Virus record (IMG/VR): IMGVR_UViG_3300000563_000521
Strand: one strand, 5' to 3'
Source: a virus
DNA: 21,777 bases
Shown here: positions 6,726 to 15,649 of the stretch, piece by piece
How positions within the stretch are numbered: position 1 is the first letter of the stretch
How the letters are laid out: the number at the start of each line of letters is the position of its first letter
Made by a program: the position numbers and the translations under genes
Notes under the pieces: model-generated
What the model saw: the letters and a program-made list of their open reading frames with translations, nothing else
What the model was told of the DNA's origin: nothing
The model's database searches: none

Positions 6726-7913
6726 TCATAATACATCCTCCCATTCTTTTATTATTTTATGTTTATCAAAGTCTTTTGCTCTTTTTAATCCTTTTGAATA
6801 TTTCTTTTGTAAATCTTTGTTTTTCATCATCTCGAACATTGTTTCTGTAAGTTTTTTTTCTTCTTTTGTTGGTGGTTTTTCTTTTAAATCACTAAAATTA
6901 TTCGGTTCGTCAAATGTTTTTAATAAAACCCCATATTTTCCTCGATGTGGATATTTTATTTTTTCTTCTATATTTAATTCTGGACAAAGTATTTCTCTAG
7001 GTCCTGAATCACAATCTGTTGATATTATTGGTTTGTTTTGCGATAGAACTTCTGTTAATACATTTCCAAACCCCTCATAATCTGATGTAAACACAAAACA
7101 ATCTGATTTTTTAATATAGGGGAATACATTTTTTACAACTCCTAAAAAGAAAACTTTGTCTTCTAATCCTAATTTCTTAGTTAGGTTTCTTAAATCCTTT
7201 TCTAATTCTCCTTTTCCAAGAATTATTAATTTTACTTTATTATTTTTTTTAACTACTTCTTTAAAACTTCTAATAAGATTCCAATGAGCTTTTTGTTCGG
7301 TTAAACGCCCTATTGTTATAAAATTGTAATCTTTGCCCATTATTATTCTGTGTTCTTTGTTTGTTATTTTTTCTTTGCTTAAATCTAGAAAACGATTTAT
7401 GTCTTGAATATTGTAGATTGTTTTTGTATTTTTTAGATTAAACTGAGTTTTTAATATATTTTTAACACCTCTAGATAATGCAACCACTAAATCTGCTTTT
7501 GGATAAATGATTTTTGTTAATATTTGAAATAATTTTGGGTGTTTTAGAGGATTATTTCTAACTGAAACTATTGTTTTTGATTTGTTTCTAAAAAGTGTTT
7601 TACTTAAAACTGAGGAAAAATTAGAATCTTCAAGGAAAGATATTGTTGTATTTATTTTGTTTTTTTTGCATATATTAGATATCTTTATTGTTCTTGAGAA
7701 TAATTTATAAGTTTTAGTAAATACGTCTTCTGTTAATTTTTCATTTAAACAGATAAGTTTTCCTTCAAATTCATATTTTGGTTTAAAATCGTAGAATATT
7801 AAAAAAGTTACATCATGTCCTAATCTTTTAAGATTTGTTCCTACTTGAGATGCAATCTTTTCTGCTCCACCTCCTATTCTAAGATGATGTACTATTATTA
7901 AAATTTTTTTCAT
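6726..7913 (-). CDS. Glycosyltransferase, family GT4
   Basis: N-terminal GGGAEK, IGRLTEQKA, SDYEGFGNVLTE, STDCDSGPREIL. Confidence 0.93.
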   Translation of the reverse strand: MKKILIIVHHLRIGGGAEKIASQVGTNLKRLGHDVTFLIFYDFKPKYEFEGKLICLNEKLTEDVFTKTYKLFSRTIKISNICKKNKINTTISFLEDSNFSSVLSKTLFRNKSKTIVSVRNNPLKHPKLFQILTKIIYPKADLVVALSRGVKNILKTQFNLKNTKTIYNIQDINRFLDLSKEKITNKEHRIIMGKDYNFITIGRLTEQKAHWNLIRSFKEVVKKNNKVKLIILGKGELEKDLRNLTKKLGLEDKVFFLGVVKNVFPYIKKSDCFVFTSDYEGFGNVLTEVLSQNKPIISTDCDSGPREILCPELNIEEKIKYPHRGKYGVLLKTFDEPNNFSDLKEKPPTKEEKKLTETMFEMMKNKDLQKKYSKGLKRAKDFDKHKIIKEWEDVL

Positions 7914-8734
7914 TTTATGATTATTCCAACATATTTTTTGTTCTTTTTTATTATTATTGGTTCTTTTTTAATTTTATTACAAAATTCTATAAATGCTATA
8001 TTGTCAGATATATCATCTGATATTAATAGTCCTTTATTTTTTAGATTTTTCCAAATTATCGGATATGCCCACATTCTTCCTTTATAAGATTTATCAGAAT
8101 CATAATGACATAAATCTATTGAGGTATTTAGTTGTCTAATTGATTTTTTTAATGCTTGTCTATCTGGAAGTCTTATTAATGACCACTTTTTTTTAAAAAA
8201 TTTGGGTATAACACATCCGACATAACTATCATTATTTCTAAATAAATAAGGCATATCTATACTTATAAGATTAGACTTATTTCTTGAATTAATAGATAGT
8301 AATATTGCAAGAGATGACCACCCATAAGCCACACCCGTTTCTAATGTTTTTTTTACCTTAAATTTTTCGCATAAATTATATATTAAATCTATATATCCTT
8401 CACCACCCATTTTTACAGGGCAATTTTTTTCTATTTGTCTAGATTCTTTTAATAATTTTGAAAATTTTTTATTAAAATTAATTTCTTTTATGTTTAACTG
8501 TTCATATGCTTTTTTTAAGAATACGCTTTTTTTATCACATATTTCGATTGCTTCTTTTTTTGTAAGTTCTTTTTTAGACGGAAAATATTCGTTTTTAAAT
8601 ATATAATATATTTGGGGTATTAATCTAGGTCTTTTAAAAAACCAAAATAATCCTTTTATTATTTTTTTAAAATGCAAAAATGTTGTTTTAATTTTGTTCA
8701 ATTTGTTTCGCCTTTTTTTATTTCTCGAATCCAT
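7910..8734 (-). CDS. Class I SAM-dependent methyltransferase (glycan-cluster type)
   Basis: LETGVAYGWSS motif I, ISID, HYDSDK, ISDD. The start may be TTG at 8701, overlapping the upstream TGA. Confidence 0.85.
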   Translation of the reverse strand: MDSRNKKRRNKLNKIKTTFLHFKKIIKGLFWFFKRPRLIPQIYYIFKNEYFPSKKELTKKEAIEICDKKSVFLKKAYEQLNIKEINFNKKFSKLLKESRQIEKNCPVKMGGEGYIDLIYNLCEKFKVKKTLETGVAYGWSSLAILLSINSRNKSNLISIDMPYLFRNNDSYVGCVIPKFFKKKWSLIRLPDRQALKKSIRQLNTSIDLCHYDSDKSYKGRMWAYPIIWKNLKNKGLLISDDISDNIAFIEFCNKIKKEPIIIKKNKKYVGIIIK

Positions 8735-9786
8735 TTTTCTATTATATTATTAAGTTCAAATCGTGTGTCTGATTTTATCTTCTTTCCTTTTTTTAATGCG
8801 TCATCAAGTGCTTTTTTAAACTCGTCTTTATTGTTGAATGGTACTATATATCCATACTTAGTTTTATTGTATGTTTTTAATTCTTTGTTTAATTCTACAC
8901 CAAGTAGTTCTCGTGGTCCTGTCTGGCAATCGTTTGCAACACACACACATCCGCTTGCCAGTGCTTCCATTAATGCTCGTGGCATTCCTTCAAAAAGTGA
9001 TGGTAAAACGAACACATCTGCTTTATTTAAGTATTTGTATACGTTATTCTTTGTACCTAAGAAATGTATGTTTTTTTGATTTTTTGTTTTTTCTTTAAGT
9101 TCTTGCTCGAGTGGTCCGTTTCCTATTACGAGTAAATTAACATCTTCTTCTATATCTTTGAACATGTCAAAAAACCATGCATAATTCTTCTGTGAAACAA
9201 GTCGACCTACCATAACTATTGTTTTCTTTTCAAACAATTTCTTTTCTTTTCCTGTTATGGCCTCTTTTTTTTTCTTGTTTATTTCATCTAATTCTATGGC
9301 ATTCCCGATTGCGACTGTGTCGAACTTCACTCTCTTTTGCATGGCTTTTGTAAGTACTATTGTTTTATCTGCTGTATTATGCAGATTTTTAAACCTATAA
9401 TATGCATTACCTTTACTTAAAATATTGTTTCGTATAAATGTCCACAATTTAAATTTTAACATTTTTTTACAAATTAATGCTACCATGTTTGCGTCTTCTG
9501 CATTGGACACAACTAAATCATATTTATTATTTTTAAGAAATTGTCTTAATTTTAGAGGAAAATAAACCAAAATTCTAAAACTTTTAATAATAATATTATT
9601 GGCATAATTATAATTAAAATTGTGTCTTTTAACAAAATATTCATATTCATTTTTAAAATTATAAAAAGTCAAAATTTCTACAACATAATATTTGGCTAAA
9701 CCTTTTGTAAGAATTGCCACAGAGTTCTCTGCACCACCTCCAACTTTTAAATTACTCACTATAAACAATATTTTTTTCTTTTTCAT
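8698..9786 (-). CDS. Glycosyltransferase, family GT4
   Basis: GGGAE, VGRLVSQKN, SLFEGMPRALME, ANDCQTGPRELL. Confidence 0.93.
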   Translation of the reverse strand: MKKKKILFIVSNLKVGGGAENSVAILTKGLAKYYVVEILTFYNFKNEYEYFVKRHNFNYNYANNIIIKSFRILVYFPLKLRQFLKNNKYDLVVSNAEDANMVALICKKMLKFKLWTFIRNNILSKGNAYYRFKNLHNTADKTIVLTKAMQKRVKFDTVAIGNAIELDEINKKKKEAITGKEKKLFEKKTIVMVGRLVSQKNYAWFFDMFKDIEEDVNLLVIGNGPLEQELKEKTKNQKNIHFLGTKNNVYKYLNKADVFVLPSLFEGMPRALMEALASGCVCVANDCQTGPRELLGVELNKELKTYNKTKYGYIVPFNNKDEFKKALDDALKKGKKIKSDTRFELNNIIEKWIREIKKGETN

Positions 9787-10583
9787 TTTTTCTTAATCAT
9801 GTAAAACAATTTTAAAACAAACCAATTAGGTAACAACAATAAAACATTTTCTAAAAATAATCTAATCGTACCTTTTAATCCAAGTTTCAAACCATTTTTA
9901 ACTGCTATTTTTTTAACATAAATTGTATCTTTAATAACTCTTTTCATGTTAGTGTTTTTTATTTGATTTTTATGTAATCTATAATTTAAAACAAATGAAT
10001 TTAAATTATATATTTTGCAACCTTTTAAAAAAAATCTAAACCATAAATCATAATCTTGACTAGATTTTAAATAAGGAGAATAACACCCATATTTTTCAAC
10101 CAATATTCTTTTAAACATAACGGTGGGATGTGCTAATGGGTTCTCGATTTTTATTGTGTTAGCAATATCATGACTATAAATTCGTTTGCCAAAAAGTTTT
10201 CCTTTAGAGTCAATCAAGGTAATGTTTCCTCCAACGACATCAAATTTAGGAAACAATTTTAATTGTGTTTCAAACCTATCGTTGAAACAAACATCATCGG
10301 CATCCATTCTTGCAATATATTCGCCAGAACATTTTTTCAAACCAACATTCAAAGAACCAGTGCAACCTAAATTTTTATCATTCTTAAAACCTTTAATTCG
10401 TTTATCTTTCTTAGCATATTTTTGAATGATTTTCCAAGTATTATCTGTAGAACAATCGTCGATGATAATAAACTCAAAATCTTTAAATGTTTGTTTTAAA
10501 ACACTTTCGATTGCTTCACCAATAAACTTTTCTGCATTATACGCCGGCATCAATACTGAAATTTTATTAATTTTTTTTACCAT
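9783..10583 (-). CDS. Glycosyltransferase, family GT2
   Basis: ISVLMPAYN, IDDCSTD, MDADD (DxD), SQDYDLW. Start set at ATG 10583, 22 nt after the TATA box (leaderless geometry), rather than the track's TTG 10595. Confidence 0.93.
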   Translation of the reverse strand: MVKKINKISVLMPAYNAEKFIGEAIESVLKQTFKDFEFIIIDDCSTDNTWKIIQKYAKKDKRIKGFKNDKNLGCTGSLNVGLKKCSGEYIARMDADDVCFNDRFETQLKLFPKFDVVGGNITLIDSKGKLFGKRIYSHDIANTIKIENPLAHPTVMFKRILVEKYGCYSPYLKSSQDYDLWFRFFLKGCKIYNLNSFVLNYRLHKNQIKNTNMKRVIKDTIYVKKIAVKNGLKLGLKGTIRLFLENVLLLLPNWFVLKLFYMIKKK

Positions 10584-10631
10584 ATGATTAACCAAACATA
10601 ACTAGTATATAAATGTTTTGAAAGTTTATAA
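10581..10631. repeat. 51-bp direct repeat, copy 2 (contains promoter and the GT2 start codon)
   Basis: catatgattaaccaaacataactagtatataaatgttttgaaagtttataa. Confidence 0.95.
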
Positions 10632-10640
10632 ATAGTTTTT

Positions 10641-11909
10641 TTATAATTGTAATTTTTCCCCTGATTTTAAAATAATTTCTTTAAAATCTATTGCCAAATC
10701 TTTAAATAATTTGGCTCTAACTAAAGAACTTTTTTCTTCAATGGTATCAACACAATATAATTGATATAATGAACTATAACCATCTTTTTTCTTTCTCAAA
10801 ACTCTACCCATTCTTTGAATTGTTTGTTTATCGGTTGAATCTCCTGCCATTATTATTGCAACATCTAATTTTGGCAAATTATAACCTTCATCTAAAACTT
10901 TACTAACTAATAATACACTAAATTTATCATTACGATAATCTATTAATGTTCGTTCCCTTGTTTTTTTATCTATACCACTATGAAGTACTCTACACTCTAT
11001 ATTTGTGTCTAATAAGTGCCAATATATTTTAGAAGTTTGTTTGTTGTATTGATTAAAAACCAATATTTTGTTTTCCTTATGATTGTTTATTATTGTTTGA
11101 GTTATATCTATTTTATCAACATAATTGTTTACTAATTCTTTTTGTTCATTAATTAATGCCAGCATTTTCATTTTTAGTGGTGTGTTTGTTTTCATTATTT
11201 TTTCAAACCCACCACCTGTGTTGTAAACTACATATAATTGTTGTTTTATATCATCATATTTGTCTCTTGTGTCTTGGTCTAATACAACACCTATATTATA
11301 AAACACAAAAGGGTTTAATACTCCGTCTTCTAATGCTTCTGAAGGATTATATTTATAAATATTAAAATCAAACAATTCCAACAATTTTCTATGATTTTTA
11401 TCTGCTCTTGCAAGTGTGGCTGTTAAACCTATTTTGTATTTAAAAGGTGTTTCCAAAATCTTTAATATTCTGTCTGTGCCTAAATTGTGTAATTCATCAC
11501 CTATAAACATATCAAACATTGTTAAAGGTATTCTATCAAGATTTTGTATGTTTGTAATAGTGATTCTACTATACTCTTTTATTGAACCATAATACACACC
11601 TATTGATTGTATTGGAATACCATAATCAACTAATTCTTTATACCAACCTTCTTCCAATATAACATTTTTTGGCACGACTATTAACACTTTTAATTTTGGT
11701 TCTTTTAACAATAATTCTTGTAATATGTCAATTGTTATAAAAGTTTTACCAGCACCAGTACTAACTTCAAAAATAACATTTTTGTTGTTTTCATAAAAGA
11801 ATTTTTTGGCTTTTATTTGCCAACTTCTCAAATCTGTTATATTTGTTTGTTTTTCTAAATTTGCTTCTATATTAAATAATTCATCAACATATTCATCCAT
11901 TTTATTCAT
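10641..11909 (-). CDS. SF2 DExH helicase (XPB/Rad25/ResIII-like)
   Basis: LRSWQ, STGAGKT, DELH, GLTAT, VLDEGYNLP, QRMGRVLR. Confidence 0.9.
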   Translation of the reverse strand: MNKMDEYVDELFNIEANLEKQTNITDLRSWQIKAKKFFYENNKNVIFEVSTGAGKTFITIDILQELLLKEPKLKVLIVVPKNVILEEGWYKELVDYGIPIQSIGVYYGSIKEYSRITITNIQNLDRIPLTMFDMFIGDELHNLGTDRILKILETPFKYKIGLTATLARADKNHRKLLELFDFNIYKYNPSEALEDGVLNPFVFYNIGVVLDQDTRDKYDDIKQQLYVVYNTGGGFEKIMKTNTPLKMKMLALINEQKELVNNYVDKIDITQTIINNHKENKILVFNQYNKQTSKIYWHLLDTNIECRVLHSGIDKKTRERTLIDYRNDKFSVLLVSKVLDEGYNLPKLDVAIIMAGDSTDKQTIQRMGRVLRKKKDGYSSLYQLYCVDTIEEKSSLVRAKLFKDLAIDFKEIILKSGEKLQL

Positions 11910-12655
11910 AATTCAAAAATTGTTTTTTGTGCTAAACGTTTATTTGCTATATCACAATATTCTTTGCTTATCTCAAACCCTATGAATTTTCTGTTAAGTT
12001 GTTTACAAGCAACGGCAGTAGTTCCACTACCCATAAAAGGGTCGAGAACTATATCTTGTGGGTTTGAATGAATTTCTATTAACTCTTTAATTAAACTAAG
12101 TGGTTTTTCTGTGGGGTGTTTTGTTTCCCCATAATAAGATTTGTTTGGAGTTTCAAAAAAATTGTGCATTTCTTTTTGTTGTTTAAAATTAAATGTCCAA
12201 GATTTGTCTCCCTTACTTCCAACCCACAGAAATTCACAGGCAGATAGATAATTCACCTTTCTAAAAGATGGAACGGGATTGGTTTTGTGCCAAGAGAGTA
12301 TTGTTCTCGTTCTTATTCCGAACTCTTTTGATGTCCAACCTAAAAAACTGATATCTTCTTTATTAAAGAAACTAATTATTGTTCCTCCGTCTTTTAGAAC
12401 CCTACAACATTCAGATAACCACAATTGAGTAAATTCTAAAAACTCTTCCCTTGTTTTGTTATCCCAATCTCCAAAGTCATATATAAGAGGAGATTCTCTA
12501 CGCATAATGGGAGAATTTAATTTGCTCTTATCTCTATTATCATTCAACTTTGAAATATTATATGGTGGGTCGGTTAAAACCAAATCAACACTCTCGTCAG
12601 GTAATTGTTTTAATCCTTCTAAACAATCCATACAATATATTTTATTCGTTTCCAT
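11906..12655 (-). CDS. DNA amino-methyltransferase, beta class (DPPY; CcrM/HinfI/DpnA-like, probably m6A)
   Basis: TDPPY near the N-terminus, WHKTNPVP, HPTEKP, and C-terminal DPFMGSGTT. Confidence 0.92.
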   Translation of the reverse strand: METNKIYCMDCLEGLKQLPDESVDLVLTDPPYNISKLNDNRDKSKLNSPIMRRESPLIYDFGDWDNKTREEFLEFTQLWLSECCRVLKDGGTIISFFNKEDISFLGWTSKEFGIRTRTILSWHKTNPVPSFRKVNYLSACEFLWVGSKGDKSWTFNFKQQKEMHNFFETPNKSYYGETKHPTEKPLSLIKELIEIHSNPQDIVLDPFMGSGTTAVACKQLNRKFIGFEISKEYCDIANKRLAQKTIFEL

Positions 12656-12660
12656 TTTAT

Positions 12661-13377
12661 TTACAATTCAAAAATTGTTTTTTGTGCCAACCGTTTATTT
12701 GCTATGTCACAATATTCTTTGCTTAACTCAAACCCTATGAATTTTCTGTTAAGTTGTTTAGATGCGACAGCGGTGGTCCCACTACCCATAAAAGGGTCGA
12801 GAACCAATTGTTCAGATTTACTACTACTTTCTATAATTCTTCTAATTAATTTTAAAGGATATTGTGCAGGGTGGTTCGTTCTTTCTTTTGAATTTGCCAT
12901 CACTTGGGGAATCTCCCAAACATCCCCATATTTTGCGTAATCTTCATTAAAGTAGTAATCATTTGATTTTATGAACACAAAAACATATTCGTGTCTTGGA
13001 TACCATTTTATTTTTGCTACATCTGGAGATGAAGCAAATTTCCATATTATCATATTCAATAATTTAAAAGGAGATTTCTCAACAATCCAAAAAGGAATTT
13101 TACATCGATAATCCTGAAATCTATATTTTATATTAAAATAAAACATACCTGTTGGTTTTAGAACTCTATATAATTCTTTAAAATAACATTCTGTCCATTC
13201 TTGGTATTCTTCATCGGTCATATTATCATCATAGCAATCATAACTGCTCTGTTTACCGTCTCTGCTAAATCCACCAAAATTATATGGTGGGCTTGTAACA
13301 ATTAAATCCACACTTCCATCAGGTATTTGCTTCATTCCTTCTAAACAATCCATACAATATATTTTATTTGTTTCCAT
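12661..13377 (-). CDS. DNA amino-methyltransferase, beta class (SPPY; m4C or m6A)
   Basis: TSPPY, HPAQYP, DPFMGSGTT. Confidence 0.92.
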   Translation of the reverse strand: METNKIYCMDCLEGMKQIPDGSVDLIVTSPPYNFGGFSRDGKQSSYDCYDDNMTDEEYQEWTECYFKELYRVLKPTGMFYFNIKYRFQDYRCKIPFWIVEKSPFKLLNMIIWKFASSPDVAKIKWYPRHEYVFVFIKSNDYYFNEDYAKYGDVWEIPQVMANSKERTNHPAQYPLKLIRRIIESSSKSEQLVLDPFMGSGTTAVASKQLNRKFIGFELSKEYCDIANKRLAQKTIFEL

Positions 13378-13380
13378 TTT

Positions 13381-13527
13381 TTAATGAACCAACCTGTCTT
13401 CTTTCTGCAATTTGTTTCTCATAAAAAAATGTTTAATACACAAACCATCCATCATTGGCGACAGTTTGCATTGTAGTCCATTAGAATTAATTGCTCTACA
13501 TCGTTTTGTGTTTTTTTCTAAATCCAT
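13381..13527 (-). CDS. Small C3H zinc-finger protein (48 aa)
   Basis: Not in track. MDLEKNTKRCRAINSNGLQCKLSPMMDGLCIKHFF... has a C-x9-C-x9-C-x2-H pattern and fills the gap exactly. Confidence 0.7.
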   Translation of the reverse strand: MDLEKNTKRCRAINSNGLQCKLSPMMDGLCIKHFFMRNKLQKEDRLVH

Positions 13528-14267
13528 TTTGTATCAACTTTTTTTTTCTTTAACCCAATATATTCTGTCAATTCGTCGTTTGTTTTACCACGATTTTCAT
13601 TGTTGTCTAAAATTTTTTTAGTATCAAACATATTATTAAAATTGTTGTTGCCTAAACCAATTGTATCAACAAGTTCTTTGTTTGATTTCATTTTTTGTTG
13701 AGACAAATTTGGTGTGTTTTTTTGGGTAAATTGTTTATTGGTGTTGTTGCCAAAACCCATATAATCTCCTATTTTATCATTACTCAAACCAGAACTTTGT
13801 TTGTGGTTATTTAACCCTATACAATCTTTCATTTTATTGTTATCAATTCCTGGTTGTTGGTTGTTGTTTTTTTTCAACCCTATATAATCTCCTATTTTAT
13901 CGTTGCTCAAACCAGAATTTTGTGATGAACCCATTAATTTGTTTACATCAAACATTCCACCAGAATTGTTTTCGCCACTATTCATTTTGAAAGCGTTGGC
14001 AAATTTTTCTAGTTTTTCTTTTCTTGCAACACCGGTCATTTTTTTTAATTCTTCTTCTTTATATTTTTTCACTAATTTTGGTTGTAATTCTGTTAACGCT
14101 TGTAATCTTGCTTCTCGTTTTAATTCACTAATTGCTTTTTGTTCGGCTTTTTTTTCAGCTATTTTTTCTTTTAAAGGATTAATTAAAAAAGTTTTGTCTT
14201 TAAGTATTTTGTATAAAAACAAAAACACTCCAATTAATATTATTCCTATTCCTATGTATATTATCAT
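13518..14267 (-). CDS. Membrane-anchored protein with coiled coil and Asn/Gly-rich repeats
   Basis: N-terminal hydrophobic helix, Lys/Glu-rich helix, then five copies of an N-[DK]-[KE]-h-x-[DE]-x-[IM]-G-[LF]-like motif. GAGG SD. Confidence 0.7.
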   Translation of the reverse strand: MIIYIGIGIILIGVFLFLYKILKDKTFLINPLKEKIAEKKAEQKAISELKREARLQALTELQPKLVKKYKEEELKKMTGVARKEKLEKFANAFKMNSGENNSGGMFDVNKLMGSSQNSGLSNDKIGDYIGLKKNNNQQPGIDNNKMKDCIGLNNHKQSSGLSNDKIGDYMGFGNNTNKQFTQKNTPNLSQQKMKSNKELVDTIGLGNNNFNNMFDTKKILDNNENRGKTNDELTEYIGLKKKKVDTKWI

Positions 14268-14458
14268 TTTATTTCCTCGTTGTTGTTCATATAAACACCC
14301 AATAATACTGCGTCTATTATTATGGTAATAAATATTATTGTTAATAAAGTTGTGGTTGTAAATTCACTAATTATGTTTAATACATTAAGTGCCCCCACCA
14401 ACAAATATGTTATTACTTTTAACAATATATATGTTGTCCAATATATTTTAATGTTCAT
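14264..14458 (-). CDS. Small membrane protein (2 predicted TM)
   Basis: Two hydrophobic stretches, GGAGG SD, ATGA coupling. Confidence 0.65.
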   Translation of the reverse strand: MNIKIYWTTYILLKVITYLLVGALNVLNIISEFTTTTLLTIIFITIIIDAVLLGVYMNNNEEIK

Positions 14459-14573
14459 TTTGTTCCTCCACTTCTTTCATCCTATTACAACTCATACAAT
14501 GTTGTTTCATAGAGTGGTTGTTGTAATATTCTTTTGTGCAACCACACCACTTACATTCTTTTTTTTCTATCAT
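14448..14573 (-). CDS. Small C4 zinc-finger protein (41 aa)
   Basis: Not in track. MIEKKECKWCGCTKEYYNNHSMKQHCMSCNRMKEVEEQNEH has two CxxC motifs. Confidence 0.6.
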   Translation of the reverse strand: MIEKKECKWCGCTKEYYNNHSMKQHCMSCNRMKEVEEQNEH

Positions 14574-14805
14574 TTTCTGGTTCCAAGAATTTATCGAAAA
14601 TTTTTTTAAACTCTTCTTTTTCTAATTGTCTACTAATATTAATGCTTTGCAAAAACAAAAACAAACTCATTCCTATTAATACAAAAACTATTAATAGAAT
14701 AAAAGGGTTGTAACAAACCAAAAACATATTATAATACATTCCTGCACTGAAATACCCCACAAACAAAAATATACTTAATAATGTTAATAATATTTTTTTA
14801 TCCAT
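14551..14805 (-). CDS. Small membrane protein (2 predicted TM)
   Basis: Two hydrophobic segments plus a charged tail; AAGGAGG SD. Confidence 0.7.
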   Translation of the reverse strand: MDKKILLTLLSIFLFVGYFSAGMYYNMFLVCYNPFILLIVFVLIGMSLFLFLQSINISRQLEKEEFKKIFDKFLEPENDRKKRM

Positions 14806-14948
14806 TCTTTTGCCTCCTTATAATTGCTTATTATTTCGATATGTTCTTCTATGTGATTAATATCGAAATGATTTTGAATATCGTTTTGTAAGTCTTTTTG
14901 TGTGCAAACAAACTCGTTGCCACATAATTTACATCTCCACTTAATCAT
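14784..14948 (-). CDS. Small C2H2-like zinc-finger protein (54 aa)
   Basis: Not in track. MIKWRCKLCGNEFVCTQKDLQNDIQNHFDINH... has CxxC followed by HxxxxH and overlaps both neighbours. Confidence 0.65.
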   Translation of the reverse strand: MIKWRCKLCGNEFVCTQKDLQNDIQNHFDINHIEEHIEIISNYKEAKEWIKKYY

Positions 14949-15144
14949 TTTTGCCTTTTATGATATAATCCTCAAATTTTCTTTTACATTTGCTACAAAA
15001 CGTTTTGCCACCATGATAATGTTCTTTGTGATTACAATAAGGGCAGATTCTTCGTAAAAGATTTTTATATTCTCCTTTTTTTTCTTTTCTTTGTTGTTCT
15101 CTTGATTCAAGGTATTCTTCAACACCACTTTCATATTCATTCAT
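14941..15144 (-). CDS. Small zinc-ribbon protein (67 aa)
   Basis: CPYC...CSKC; GAGG SD. Confidence 0.7.
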   Translation of the reverse strand: MNEYESGVEEYLESREQQRKEKKGEYKNLLRRICPYCNHKEHYHGGKTFCSKCKRKFEDYIIKGKND

Positions 15145-15347
15145 TGTAAATCCTCTGGTTTGATTTTTGTGTCAACCAATTCTTTTTTTGTTATTATACA
15201 CAAAGTATAATATATGAAAAAGAACATAAACAAAAACCATAACAATGGTTTAACAAAAAGTTTCTTTATTTTATTATATTGTTTTAAAATAGTAACTATA
15301 TTTATTGCATCATCTTCTGCCATTCTTGCCAACATTTTTAGTTTCAT
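15141..15347 (-). CDS. Small membrane protein (1 TM)
   Basis: Hydrophobic LLWFLFMFFFIYYTLCII; ATGA coupling at both ends. Confidence 0.6.
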   Translation of the reverse strand: MKLKMLARMAEDDAINIVTILKQYNKIKKLFVKPLLWFLFMFFFIYYTLCIITKKELVDTKIKPEDLQ

Positions 15348-15649
15348 TCGTTTTCCTCTAATTTTTTTAAAATTTTTTCGGTGTCTTTTTTTATATCGTT
15401 TCTGCTATTAAGGTGTTGATATTCGTGTTTTAATATGAACAAATAGTCAAACAGCCCTATAGATAGTGTGAGCGCCACCAATATTGTTAACAACAAAAAA
15501 ATATTTATATTAATATTATTAACTGCAAAAAATGTATTTATTATGAAAAAACTATTAACAAAAACCAAATAGCTTGCAGTTCTGTTACCAAAATTCTTAA
15601 TTTTGGCGATGTTTTTAAACAATTTGTTTAATTTTTGTTTTAGTTTCAT
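15344..15649 (-). CDS. Membrane protein (2 predicted TM)
   Basis: Basic N-terminus, two hydrophobic segments, charged C-terminus; ATGA coupling. Confidence 0.65.
   Translation of the reverse strand: MKLKQKLNKLFKNIAKIKNFGNRTASYLVFVNSFFIINTFFAVNNININIFLLLTILVALTLSIGLFDYLFILKHEYQHLNSRNDIKKDTEKILKKLEENE

Noticed and set aside
11906-13377. Complete restriction-modification system
   Set aside because: No cognate endonuclease beside the methylases; the neighbouring helicase shows no recognisable nuclease motif.
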